Shown here piece after piece: positions 50,490 to 62,240 of a stretch of DNA of 64,000 nt. The stretch is from Mobula hypostoma (lineage: Eukaryota), in the NCBI RefSeq assembly GCF_963921235.1, contig NC_086108.1, positions 36,954,001-37,018,000 on the forward strand, given 5' to 3'. Within the stretch, counting starts at the first letter, position 1; each line of letters begins with the position of its first letter. The notes under the pieces were generated by a model, which had not been told where the DNA came from, made no database searches, and saw only the letters and a program-made list of their open reading frames with translations. A program made the position numbers and the translations under genes.

Positions 50490-51215
50490 AAACCAGTATT
50501 CCTAGGTACATATGATCATAGCGGGAGCAGGTGTAGGACAAAGACATTTGACCCTGCAGCTTGGTCCAACAGATTATGCCTGATTTAATTGTAACTTTAA
50601 CTTTCATCCCCGTCTACGCACATTGCCCTTCTTTTAAAATCAAAAATCAATCTATTTCTACCTTAAAAATATTGAACAACTCTGCTTCCATCATTCTGTG
50701 TGGAAAATAATACCAAAGATCCAAAGCCCTCTGAGATCAGATCTCACCTGAACTCTCTATTAAATCAATGACCCTTTGTTTTTAAACTGTGATCCCTAGA
50801 TCTACATTCTCCTTATCCTTATGGAGAGGAAATACCCTCTCTATTATCCATCCTGTCACGACTTCTTAGGATCTTCTGTATTTCATTTTAGTCTCCTCTT
50901 GCTCTTCTAACTCCAGTGGATACAACTTTAGCCTGTCCAATTTTTTCTCGTAAGACAACTTGTTCAGTCAAGATATTAATTTAGTAAATTTCACAGTGCC
51001 ACTTTCAATACATTAACATCTGTCCTTTAATACGGAGACCAATACTGAACACAATACTCCATATGTTTCCGCATGCATGCCCTATATAACCAAAGCATAA
51101 CCCTTTCCATTTCTATTAAACTCTCCTAGGAATAAATAATCAATATTTCATTAGCTTTCCTAATACTTACAGTACCTGCATGCTTGTCTTTTTTGAATCA
51201 TGGACTTGGACGCTT
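50490..51215 (-). mobile_element. Old CR1 3' fragment
   Basis: ggagaccaatactgaacacaatactcca (minus: LEYCVQYWSP). Confidence 0.7.
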
Positions 51216-51561
51216 GGATTGTTCCAAATGCTTGAACAAGATTGAGCAAGGTAGAGATTCCTGTGCAATCTGAATGGTGTATTAGAAGCAATTTGCCAGG
51301 GAAAAAATCCAATGGTGATCTAAATATAAAACTTAAAATCAAGTGTGCATTTGATGGTGCAAGTGCATTGCACCCAGTCAAAGCAACTGTGAAGACATGA
51401 AAGGCTGATACCATTGTAGAATTAAAAAGAATTTCCGGCATGGTACAGTGCTGTGCCTGATCTTGTGTGTTATTGATGCCATAATATGAGTTATCAAAGA
51501 TAGATTAAAAATGGGATTAGGAGCAAAGAACTTGGTAATGTAAATGACTTATGCAAGAAGT

Positions 51562-52036
51562 GGAGACACAAAGCAATGTACACAAAATGCTGGAGAAACT
51601 CAGCAGGTCAGGCAGCATCCATGGAAATGAACAAACTGTCAACGTTTCGGGCTGGGATCCTTCTTCAGGACTGGAAAGGAAGTGGGAAGACGCCGGCATT
51701 AAAAAGGTGGGGGGTGGGGGAGGAGCAAAAAGGATAGCTAGCAGGTGATAGGTGAAGCCAGGGAGGAGAGGGAGAGGGAGATTTTTTTTACTGGAAGGAG
51801 AAATCGATATTCATGCCATCAGGTTGGAAGTTACCCAGCCAGAATGTAAGGTGTTGCTCCTCTATGCTGAGGGTGGCCTCATCATTACACAAGAGGAGGC
51901 TGGGGACCTATATGTCAGAATGGAACTGGGAATCAGAATTAAAATCTTACGCCACTGGGAAGTTCTGTATTTAGCTGACAGAGGAGAGGTGCTCAACATA
52001 GCTGTCCCTCAATTTACGAAGGTCTCACCAATGTAG
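51562..52036 (-). mobile_element. Penelope-like element 3' end with hammerhead-like motif
   Basis: Reverse complement of the GIY-YIG C-terminus (cf. 47680-47930) and terminal repeat; core at 51638-51672. Confidence 0.85.
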
Positions 52037-52037
52037 T

Positions 52038-52235
52038 GGAGACACAAAGACTGCAAATGTTGGAAATACTGGAAGAATGCAGCAAGTTAGGCAGCATTGA
52101 TATAGGGAAATGGATAGTCACCATTTCAGATTAAGGGTCTCGTCCTGAAACATCAACTGATCATTTCCCTCCTTAAATGCTTTCTGACCTTCTCTATTCC
52201 TCTGGCATTTTGTATGTCAATCCAGAATCTGGAAA
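52038..52235. mobile_element. Palindromic Penelope-tail mini-element
   Basis: ggcagcattgatatagggaaatggatagtcaccatttcag / aagggtctcgtcctgaaacatcaactgatcatttccctccttaaatgc. Confidence 0.65.
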
Positions 52236-52779
52236 GTATTTCTTTGGTACATCACTATGACACAAAATGTACATTGAACTTACATGTGATTTGGAATAGG
52301 AACTGTAATCAACAACAGCTAAAAATAAACAGTTACTTTTACATCACATGCCCAGAAGCTATGTTCAAATTAAGAAAAAGGCAGTTCACATTGTCTTTGA
52401 GTGACAAAGTTAATCAATTCTTGATCACAGATTATAAGTAATATCCAGCAAATCTTGGGCTGAATTTAGTTGCATTAAAATACCTAACTGGACCATTCTA
52501 CTATCTCAATATTATTACTTGACAAAATATAAAACTTCAAAACAAACAGCAATTGAAGATATATTGACAAAGTTACCATGTGATAAGTCAAACACTGGGC
52601 AGGAAGCCCAGACTAAGAAAAGGAGAACATCTTTTTTCAGTTAGGACAATGGTAGTCATCAAAAATATGCAAAAAATATAATTTATAAAATAAGTTTGAG
52701 TGAAAAATTTGAGGAAGACCTGAATCAGTTATTTGTCCAGATGAATTAAGTAATTGTCCTGTTAATTGTCCTGATAAAG

Positions 52780-53125
52780 TGACCTGCTAATGAAACAAGA
52801 TTCTGTTAAAGGGAAACACAGAGTTGCATTAGATAGTTTATTGAAAAGACAGAATTCGGAAGATCTTTGCACTCAACATTTCTGCTAATGAACAGGAAGA
52901 TAGCTGTCAGAAGCTTTCGTTATTGGTTGGATTAGATAAGGAATTTGACAAGCTGGTAGACATGTGTCAAGGTTGCAGGCCAAACCTGCAGAGAGACTTG
53001 GCAAAGGATACTTACTGATTGTTGTGAGAAGGAGATTGATAACTTTTCAGAAGTCTGGACTGTCATTTGAGATAGATTGAGGTGAATCATGTTCAGTCCA
53101 ATGCTACAACAGAATGCACAACCAA
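52780..53125 (+). pseudogene. Ancient Gypsy-type integrase remnant
   Basis: With one frameshift reads RSF.YW-GLDKEFDKLVDMCQGC (integrase HHCC second half), later HVQSNA (cf. HPQSNG). Confidence 0.5.
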
Positions 53126-53254
53126 AGAATCAAAGCCTACTGTCTCACCTTCAAGCTAACAAGACTGCTAGTCTTGGTTTCATTTATTTCAATGTGAGGT
53201 CTTCAAAGAGCAAAATGATATCATATGTACATTTATCTCGTCATATCATCCAGA

Positions 53255-53777
53255 ATCAGGGTGTATGGAGTGTCCAGGGAGGGGTAGCACCTCTGATGAA
53301 AGGGCTCGTTGTATCCGCTCCAGGACAGCTCACTCATCTTTGGTCCCCACTGGACACTCAACTCTCACTTGTGGCTGTTCACATGCAATAGTGGCCACGG
53401 CCCGGTATACCTCCTTGGCAGGCGGGTTAAACCAGGTGAGGGTAGCCGGTAGCCTTGTACCTTGGTGAGATAGGGATATGCCTATCCTAGCATGCAAAGT
53501 CATCTCTGGTGGACTGGGTGAATGAGATACAACAGCTAGGAAGGTGGTACTGAAACGCTCTGTGGAGATCAAAGGGCATGACAAAGCATGGAAAACATCA
53601 TGGTCATCCAGTGCAACCAAAGAAGACCCCAGTTTGTAATGCCTGTTCGTACCACTGAACCTGGACTTCTGAGGTTGAGAGAGAGGAATGCTCTAGTGCA
53701 AAGGCCTTTTCACTTTAAAAACTCACCCACACAGGTTTCCTGTCATCGTCGGTCACAATGGACAGGCACCATCATCT
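53255..53777 (+). mobile_element. Non-coding RTE-like non-autonomous element
   Basis: GC-richer island with no credible ORF; ends in a stem-loop-like gtcatcgtcggtcacaatggac then caccatcatc, like RTE 3' ends. Confidence 0.45.
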
Positions 53778-54587
53778 AGAATCAAGTTGGTAGAGAATTG
53801 TGAGAATCATCAAAGGAGCACAGAAGAAACAATTATATGTAGGGTCCTCAAGTTTAACAATGAGACATTAATTAGTTCAACTAAAGAATAACACATTGAC
53901 AGGTTATACTCTTGTCGTGAATAGAAGACTCAGTCACAATTGGGTTTAGTTCAACTTGAATGAGACAAGAGTTAATGATTCAAGCCATGGAAAGAAGTAT
54001 TTTAAACAACATCATAAGATTCATGTGCTAACAGTACCTAACAAATCTGATATTCAAAAATTGGAAGTTGGAGTGATAGTGAAGTATGCAGTACAAAATT
54101 ATCTTGTGTAAGGAAGAGACAGAGTTAGCATTTGTATGTAAATCACAAAATTCCTGAGAGAGATACACGGGAAATCAAAGGTTTATGTGATAGTCAGTGT
54201 TTTCCAGAAGCTGAACCCATGGAGACTGTGGAAGTAATGATACAAGTTTCCACTGAATTCTATCAGGAAATGATACTAGCAGCAAGGCAAGAAGTGAATA
54301 CAATGGCAATAGCTTAAATTTCTTTGAGAAGATCAAAGTGACTTAGAAACCCAACAAATACTTTAAATATGAAAACTATGCATTTATTTTCAAAAATGGA
54401 ATATGTTTAAATATGTGACATGGAGATGACAAATCTTGACTTACACAGTGTAATTGTAGAGCTGTAGTATAAAGATAAAGGTATTTTCACAGTCTTTCAA
54501 ATTTCATTACATTCTTGGCACTATATTTATTGGAATATAGACATACTGTACATATCCATTACAGGAAGGGAAGAATTTGTGAAATAA

Positions 54588-55096
54588 ATAAGACCATAAG
54601 ACATAGGAGCAGAATTAAGCCAGTTGGTACATCAAGTCTTCTCCACCATTCCATCGTGGCTGACTTATTAGCCTTCTTAACCCCTTTCTCTTGCCTTCTA
54701 CCCATAACCTTTGACATCCTTACTAAATGAGAACATATCTACCTTTGCTTTAAATATACCCAGTGACTTGCCCTCCACAGATGTCTGTGGCAATCAATTC
54801 CATAGATTCACCACCGTCTGGCTAAAGAAACTCCTCCTCATCTCTGTTCTAAAGGGACATCCATCTACTCTGAGACTGTAGCCCATGGTCCTGGATTCCC
54901 CAGTTATAGGAAACACTGCTATCCTCATCCTCTCTATTCAGGCCTTCCAATATTCAATAGACTTCATTGTTATCGCCTCATTCTTGTAAAGTCCAGTGAG
55001 TACAGGCCCAGAGCCATCAAATGCTCCTTATATGTTAACCCTCTCATTCCTGGGATCATTCTTCTGAACCTCCTCTTGACTCTCTCCAATGCCAGG
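54588..55096 (-). mobile_element. CR1 3' fragment
   Basis: taagaccataagacataggagcagaattaagcc tail; same family as 37195 and 31008-32383. Confidence 0.85.
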
Positions 55097-55390
55097 ATGG
55101 GGTGGCACAGTAGTGTTGTGATTAACACAATGCTTTACAGTACCAGTGACCCTGGTTCAATTCCCACCGATGTCTGTAAGGAGATTGCATGTTCTCCCTG
55201 TGACTGCGTGGGTTTCTTCCAGGTGCTCCAGTTTGCTCCCACAGTCCAAAGATGTACCAGTTGGCACGTCAGTCATTGTATATTGTCCTGTGATTAGGCT
55301 AGGGCTATATCGGGGATTGCTGGGTGGGGCAGTTCAAAGGGCTGGAAGGGCTTATTCAGCACTGTATCTCAATAAATAGATAAATAAATC
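55097..55390 (+). mobile_element. Full-length V-SINE (HE1-like)
   Basis: tRNA-like head (tggcacagtag; ggttcaattccc); V domain tgcatgttctccctgtgactgcgtgggtttcttccaggtgctccagtttgctcccacagtccaaaga; CR1-like tail and (TAAA)n. Confidence 0.88.
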
Positions 55391-55417
55391 TTGTAGTTCA
55401 TTTAGAAATTTTCAAGG

Positions 55418-55545
55418 TATGATATTGTGGGCGTCACTGAGTCATGGCTGAAAGATCATAGTTGGGAGCTTAGCATCCAAGGGAATTGAACTGAGTTGCT
55501 GGTACCCTAAAGCATTGTGTTAACCACTATGCTCCCCTACCGCCC
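55418..55545. mobile_element. CR1 endonuclease scrap (+) abutting a SINE head (-)
   Basis: YDIVGVTESWLKDHSWELSIQG; then gggaattgaac...taaccactatgct. Confidence 0.55.
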
Positions 55546-55774
55546 TAAAGGTCGTCTACCTTATTCCGTATATTGTGTGCATTCAAATATAACACCTTCA
55601 GTCCTGTATTCATTTCTCTTTTCAATGTTTTGTTACACTTCAGCACAGTGTAACATGGGAGCAAAACCCACCTCCATCCGAACAAGGAAGAGATTTTCCT
55701 GGTTCTAATTAAAAGGATTATCCAGTTAGTCTCGACTCGTTCTCCGGAACTGAAACCAGAGCTTTAGATCAAAT

Positions 55775-56147
55775 GTGGTGGTGGCACCCGTTAGTTTCTC
55801 AAGACCATGGATCTGCGCTTGTTAGGGCGCAGGCCTGGGCAAGGTTGTATGGAAGACCGGCAGTTGCCCAAGCAGCAAGTCTCCTCTCTCCATGCCACTG
55901 ATGTTGTCCAAGGGTAGGGCAAGGGCCAATATAGCTTGACACCAGTGTCATAGCAGGAGTTGTCAGAACGAGGTTGAAGGCAACGTCAGACTGCCTTAGG
56001 GACTCCAACTCTAGATTTGTCCTCAGGGTTTACTCCCGAAGCCTTTCCCATGAGTGGGTATGTCTACAAGGCAGTGGAGGTTTGAAATCAGAGTTTTCCC
56101 TCTCTTAGATGGACTGCTTTCCCAGGCTGATGAGCTCCATCTACCCA
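55775..56147 (-). mobile_element. Bipartite non-autonomous RTE-type element (5' UTR + 3' end)
   Basis: Minus strand gggaaaactctgatttcaaacctcc (recalled RTE 5' UTR motif); 3' end ...ctaacgggtgc(cac)n. Confidence 0.65.
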
Positions 56148-56272
56148 AATGATCAAATGTAGAATATCATCATTGGTACTAAACAGAAATATTGGGGTCT
56201 GCGTGCCCCAGCTTTGAAATTTGGCCTGACTGAATTCAAATCCAATTTCAAGCAGATTAACTTCAATTCTAA

Positions 56273-56580
56273 GGTATCCGTTAATCTTGCGAGACCATGG
56301 ATCTGCGCCTGGAAAGCCTTCACTCTCCAGGGTGCAGGCCTGGGCAAGGTTGTATAGAAGACCAGCAGTTGCCCATGCTGCAAGTTTCCCCTCTCCACGA
56401 CACCAATGTTGTCCAAGGGAAGGGCATTAGGACCCATACAGCTTGGCACCAGTGTGGTTGCAGAGCAATGTGTGATTAAGTGCCTTGCTCAAGGACACAA
56501 TACGTTGCCTCGGCTGGGGCTTGAACTCATGACCTTCAAGTCCTTCAACCAATGCCTTAACCACTTGGCCACGTGCCCAC
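56273..56580 (-). mobile_element. tRNA-derived SINE with CORE/Meta-like middle and RTE-type tail
   Basis: A box tggccaagtgg, B box gagttcaagccc, gtgtccttgagcaaggcacttaa; last ~180 bp match 55785-55955. Confidence 0.8.
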
Positions 56581-56649
56581 AACTTCAATAAAATATGCGT
56601 ATTTGATAATATGTGTAACAAGTTAAAATAATTTTTAAAAACTGAATTT

Positions 56650-56778
56650 ATGGTGGGTCTTTCATTGATTCTGCTATGGTTATTATTTTATAGTTTTATT
56701 AAGTATGCTCACAAGAAACTGAATCTCTGGATTGAACATGGTAACATATACGGTAGGTGCTTTGATAATAAATTTACT
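56650..56778 (+). mobile_element. LINE/SINE 3' tail fragment
   Basis: ttgataataaatttactttgaactttaaactttgaa. Confidence 0.55.
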
Positions 56779-56819
56779 TTGAACTTTAAACTTTGAAAAT
56801 TATCTTTTTCCTCCAGTGC

Positions 56820-57515
56820 CTGCATTTATATTGCTCTTTTCACAACGCAGAATGTCCCTAGGAGAATTTATAACCAATGAATTACTTTGTTGTTAACTCA
56901 TTATTGCAGAGTTGGAAATGGATAAAGAAACCATGCTATTACAATTTAGGAAACACAGCAGATAACTGATGCAGAGTTAGCTGTCACAAGGGGATAATAA
57001 CTGGATTTTGTTTTTAGTGATGCTGATTAAGGGCTCAGTATCGGCTAAGAGATCCTACGAGTTTCCCTGTTCTCCCTTAATGTAGTGTCAAGGGATCTAT
57101 TACACTCACCTGAACGAGCAAACATGGCCATGCTTCATTATTTCTCCTGAAGGATAGCATCCTCTGACTACGCAGCAATTTCTCAGAACAACACCAAAGC
57201 ACCCTGATGTGGGCCGTACCTTCCAAATATCCGGACCTGCCTTTTGTTTTTTTTTTGCACTACCTTACTTTCGCTTTTCTATTTTCTATTTATGATTTAT
57301 AATTTAAATTTTTAATATTTGCTATTGATTTGTAATCCAGGGAGCGCAAAGCACAGAATCAAATATCACTGTGATGATTGTACGCTCTAGTATCAAATGT
57401 CTGGCGACAATAAAGTAAAGTATCAGCAAGATTTTTGTGCTCAGATTTCTGGACTGGAACCTTTACCTAATTCCTCCTGCCTATGAGAGGAATATGCTCC
57501 AATTGACTCATGATG
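56820..57515 (-). mobile_element. Deu-domain SINE (AmnSINE1/SacSINE1-like), old, split by an insertion at ~57200-57422
   Basis: tgcatttatattgc..., ttttagtgatgctgattaaggg, gggatctattacactcacctga, gatttttgtgctcagatttctgga in the recalled DeuSINE order. Confidence 0.65.
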
Positions 57516-57544
57516 ATCATTAAAAAGCCAATTTTAAGGCCTGA

Positions 57545-60500
57545 ACTCCTTTCAGGTGGACAGAAATGCTGCAACCTCCATCTAGACCCGTGGAGGAGGT
57601 CGGTATGTCTACATTAATAAGAACTGGTGTGTGAACACCTTGCTAGCAATGGAGCACTATTCACCACAGGTTGAGCTTTTAACGGTGAAGTGTAGTCCTT
57701 TCTACTTACCAAGGAACTACACTGCCATTGTGATTACTGCTCTTTATACATCCCCCCCCCCCACCCCCTGTGGGGAAGGATTGCAGGAGCTCAAAGCCAC
57801 TCACCCCAATGGTGCCCTTATCTTTGCCGGTGACTTCAATCATGCTAACTTAAAAACAGTCTTGCCAAAGTTCTACGCAGCTGAGGTGAGGAGCAGCCAG
57901 TGTAAACCCATGCAAAGGTGTAACGTACCTGGCTAGATGCTGAGGGACTCTTAACGGACATTTTTAACATCTCTCTGAAACAGTCCACTGTCCCTGTAGG
58001 TTTCAAGGCAGCCACCATCATTCTGGTGCCCAAGAGAAAATGGTAAATGGCCTAAATGATTATCATCCAGTGGCACTGACCCAACAAGGCTTTAATGGCT
58101 ACCGTCCAGTGGCCATGACCTCACCCATCATGAATACCCTAGAGAGGATGGTCCAGGATCACCTCTGACCCCTCGATCCACTGCAGTTTGCCTACCAGGA
58201 GCAAATTGGAGCCGATGATGCTATCATGCTATCATCTAACTGCTGAACAGAGCCTACTCTTGTTTGGAAAAGCAGGGCAGCACAGTGAGGATTTTTTTTT
58301 TGATTTCTCATGTGCCTTCAATACCACATAGCACACATTGCTGGGGGAAGCTCCATTCAATTCAGGTTGGCACTTCCATTGTATCCAGGATAATGGACTA
58401 CCTGGCTGGCAGACCACAGTTTTGAAGCTTCAGAGCTGTGTGTCAGATATGGCTATAAGCAGCACTGGGGCCCCACAGGAGACTGCATTGGCTTCCTTCC
58501 TGTTTATCCTGTATACCTCAGACTGTAGATACAATGCTGAGTCATGTCATCTACAGAAATTCTCTGATGACTGAGCAATAGTTAGGTATATAAAAGGAGG
58601 ACGTGATGATGAGTACAGGACCCTGGTGGAGGACTTTGTCAAATGGTGCAAGCTGAATCATCTGCAGCTCAATATCAGTAGAGAAAAGATATGATGATGA
58701 ACTTTAGGAAGAACAAGCCTGCACTGCTCCCTGTTACTATTGACAGGTGAGGATGTGGATGTGGTGAGGACCTACAAGTACCTGGGGGATTTATCTGGAT
58801 GACAGACCTGAGTGGAGCACCAACACAGAGGATGTGAACAAGAAGAGCTGGCATCGCCAGCATTTCCTAAGCAGAATGAGGTCCTTTGTAGTATACAAGC
58901 CTCTCCTTCACATGTCCTATCAGACTGTTGCCGCCAGTACAATCTTCTACGTGGTGGTGTGCTATGGCAATGGCATCAACACAGGTGATGTCAACAGGCT
59001 CAATAACCTTATTGGAAAGGATGGCTCTGTTACAGGAGTCAAACTGGACACACAGGAGGCTGTGGTAGAACAAAGGACCCGACCGAAAATCCTAGCAATT
59101 CTGGACAATGTTTCTCACCCTCTGTCTGACCCCTTGGCTGAACAGTGGAAGACTTTTAGATATAGACAAAGATGACTGCGCTGCTTCAAAGAGAGCTTTA
59201 TGAGGTCATTCTTACCCTCGGCCATTAGGTGCTATAGTGAGTCAATCTATAGCTGGAGAAGTGATATCCCCCTCCTGTTAGACTGTTTGAGGTAACTTGT
59301 TTTTTTATTCTTTCTTACTTCTCTTCTAATATTTATATACCTGTGCTCTTGTAATGCTATTGTGATACTGTAATCTTCTTTGTGATCAATAAAGTATCTA
59401 AAAAACAAGCAATCGCGAAGTGATTTGAGCAGCTGGTAATGGATTGTTTAAAATCCCAACATTCAGCTACATTGATCCCTTTCCACTTTGCCTACCACTC
59501 AAACTGGTCTACTGATGATGCAATAACCTTGGCCCTCCACTCCGTCCTGCCCCACCTAGAAATCAATGCCTCTTACACCAGGATGTCATTCATCGACTTT
59601 AGCTCAACATTTATCAAGATCATCCCTCAGAGGCTAGTGTGTAAACAGTCCTCATTGGGACTCACTACCACTCTCTGTAACTGCATCTTGGACTTAATGA
59701 TGGCAGAGTTGGTACCAACATCTCAAGCTCCATTACTGGTGTCTCCCAGGTTTGTGTGCTCAATTGCACTGCCAGTTTCAGCTCAAGCCACATCATCAAG
59801 TACAGTAGTTGGCTTCATCAACAACACTGATGAGGCGCCACATGGATTGGAGACTCATGAAGCACAAGACAAAAGTGATGATTGTGGACTTCAGGAAGGC
59901 ACAGGTTGGCCACTCTCCATTGAACATCAATGGCTCTGCCATGGAGAGAGTGAAGAGCACAAAGTTCCTTGGTGTGTACATAACAGACGATCTAACATGG
60001 AGCCACAACACTTCCTCACTGAACCAGGCACTGCAGAGTCTACACTTTCTGACGGGATTGAGGCGTGCAAGGCTGTCCACCCCCATTCTAACAACTTTCT
60101 AGAGGAGCAGCTGTCTGGCTGCATCATTGTGTGGTACAGAAGCTGCAAGGCATCGTGCTGCAAAGCCCTCCAGAGATAAATAAAAACTGCTGAGGATCAT
60201 CCGGGTCTCCCTCCACCCCTCCCCCCCCCAAGTTTGTGACATTTACTGGAGGCATTGCAGACGAAGGGCCCAATGCATTGTTGAGGATTCCTACAACGCA
60301 TCCCAAAATCTCTGACCTAGTACTGTCAGGAAGGAGAAATAGAAGCATCAGGACTCAGACTGCCGGACTGGGTAACAGCTTCTTCCCTCGGGCTGTGAGA
60401 CTAATGAATACCCTGCTACCATGAAGTCTCGTCACTAGGACAACGAGCTCTTTACTGTTTACCTGTGCTGTGCTTCACTGCATGCATTCTGAATTATATT

Positions 60501-60642
60501 TTATTGACTTATTTATAGTATAATATTTTGGTTTATGTGCTGTGTGTGATATATGTTATGTGGGTGCACCATGGTCCGGAGTAACGTTATTTCATTTGGT
60601 TGTATATACATAGAGTCAGATGACAATAAACTTAAACTTAGA
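57545..60642 (+). mobile_element. Rex1/Babar LINE (family A), internally deleted, split at 58088/59404
   Basis: Endonuclease VELLTVKCSPFYLPR, FAGDFNHANL; RT FAYHSNWSTDDAI, FIDFSSTF; NSFFPRAVRLMN; tail aataaacttaaactt. Confidence 0.85.
58089..59403 (+). mobile_element. Rex1/Babar LINE (family B, same as 19904-21875), 5'-truncated, nested
   Basis: SSTGAPQETALASFLF, KFSDD, tail gatcaataaagtatct; aacaag at 58083-58088 and 59404-59409 as candidate TSD. Confidence 0.85.
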
Positions 60643-61079
60643 CAGCACATTAACAAATTATAATTAGTAATCAGTATAGCAGAGAAAGTCATTTCTACCA
60701 ACTATTTTTCTGCTGTTTATTTTCTGCATCCATATCACTGCAAATAGATGGTTTGAAATGAAAAAATGGGAATATGTTTTCATAAATGTATAATTCGATG
60801 TGAAAGAATTGGTTGTGCTGAGGTTGATATTAAAATGCGAGCTGGCAAATGCAAAATGTATAAATGTCACCGAGAAAATTGTGGTTACTGTGGGTCATTC
60901 AAGTAGACGAATGCTGTCTGTATACACCAGATCTTTAGCTTTAGTGTGAAGAGTTAATAAGGAAATGAGTCAAGCTCAGAGCCTTAAGGAACCCTTACTG
61001 ATTCAGAAAGGTCATATAGGTCATATTCAGTATTATTCTCATATCATGTTAATTTAAAGAAAAGAGACTGATTTTTTCA

Positions 61080-61168
61080 TTAACACAAGAAAATCTGCAG
61101 ATGCTCAAAATCCAAGTCAAATATACACAAAATGCTAGAGGAACTCAGCAGGTCAGGCAGCACCTACG
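61080..61168 (-). repeat. Penelope-type tail fragment
   Basis: aatctgcagatgct...aaatgctagaggaactcagcaggtcaggcagca. Confidence 0.75.
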
Positions 61169-62240
61169 CAATTTTTCATCAGTGGCGTTCTGGTTCTAAT
61201 GTTTATGACTTAGACTAGAGAGGTTTCTTTGAAAGAAAGCCTTTTCAGTCCATATTCACTAACATTCTTAAAAAGTCCTCCTACACAGTCGAATAATACG
61301 TCCAGCGAATTTCGGGAGAGTATACAAAATGGATTCTAATTTCTTGGAATTTAATTTTAATTTTTGTTAATTTGATTTCCTAACATAACTACTTAATGAA
61401 TAACGGTCATCTGATGTTCTCAGTATGAAGTGAGATTATAATTACTCATGAAGAATAATGTACAATGCCAGTAGGGTTGGTTGGTACCATCTGAGGGGAA
61501 TAATGCTCGTAGTGATTTTTGGCAAGGTATACATCTCTAGAGTTTGAAAATATGTGATATCATTGCACCAGTGGTAGCTATCATGCATTTTATAACACTA
61601 CCCTAAAATAAGCATTTCTGAAAAGTGGCCAATATAAAGTACAACATATATATTCAACCTAGTGGTATTTTGTCGCCAGTGATCCCTCAACCTTGAAATT
61701 TTTCACAATGATAGCTGAGTTCAAGCACTTTTCATCAAATGTTGTTATAAAATTCTACATTGAAAACTATGTCATTGGTGGGACTCGCAGTACAGTGCCC
61801 AATTTCAGCAGAGTGAATCATTTCATTTTTAGAAAAATATTTGTCTGTTGTTTATCTTGGAAAAGTCAATAAAAATCCTAGGACACATATAATCACATGG
61901 ATTTGTAGAGAATTTATGCAGGAATTCAAATAAGTAATCACTTTTTGTATATATTCCATATTAACATCAGTACAGCAGAAAATGTTACCCCACGCCCCCA
62001 AAAAGTAAAAAATCTCATTTGGAGAGATTTCTGGAGTTTTATCAATCTCATGATGTTTTCCATATTGTTGTATCAAATCAAAACAATCTTAAGCTTTTGT
62101 GATAGCATATAGAATTACAGTACAATAATTCAAATATGGGGTTCCACACGGCCATAACCCAGGCCCCATTTGGTTGTAAAATGAATATATTTAATCAAAG
62201 ACTGCTTTCCATACTTTGTTTTCCATACTTTCATAGCCTA

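Noticed and set aside
53290..53330. CTGATGA as a hammerhead core (also at 56127)
   Set aside because: No stem II followed by GAAA and an NUH triplet at suitable spacing
56505..56580. tRNA gene
   Set aside because: Has A and B boxes but a degenerate cloverleaf and runs straight into a SINE body; same for 55097-55170
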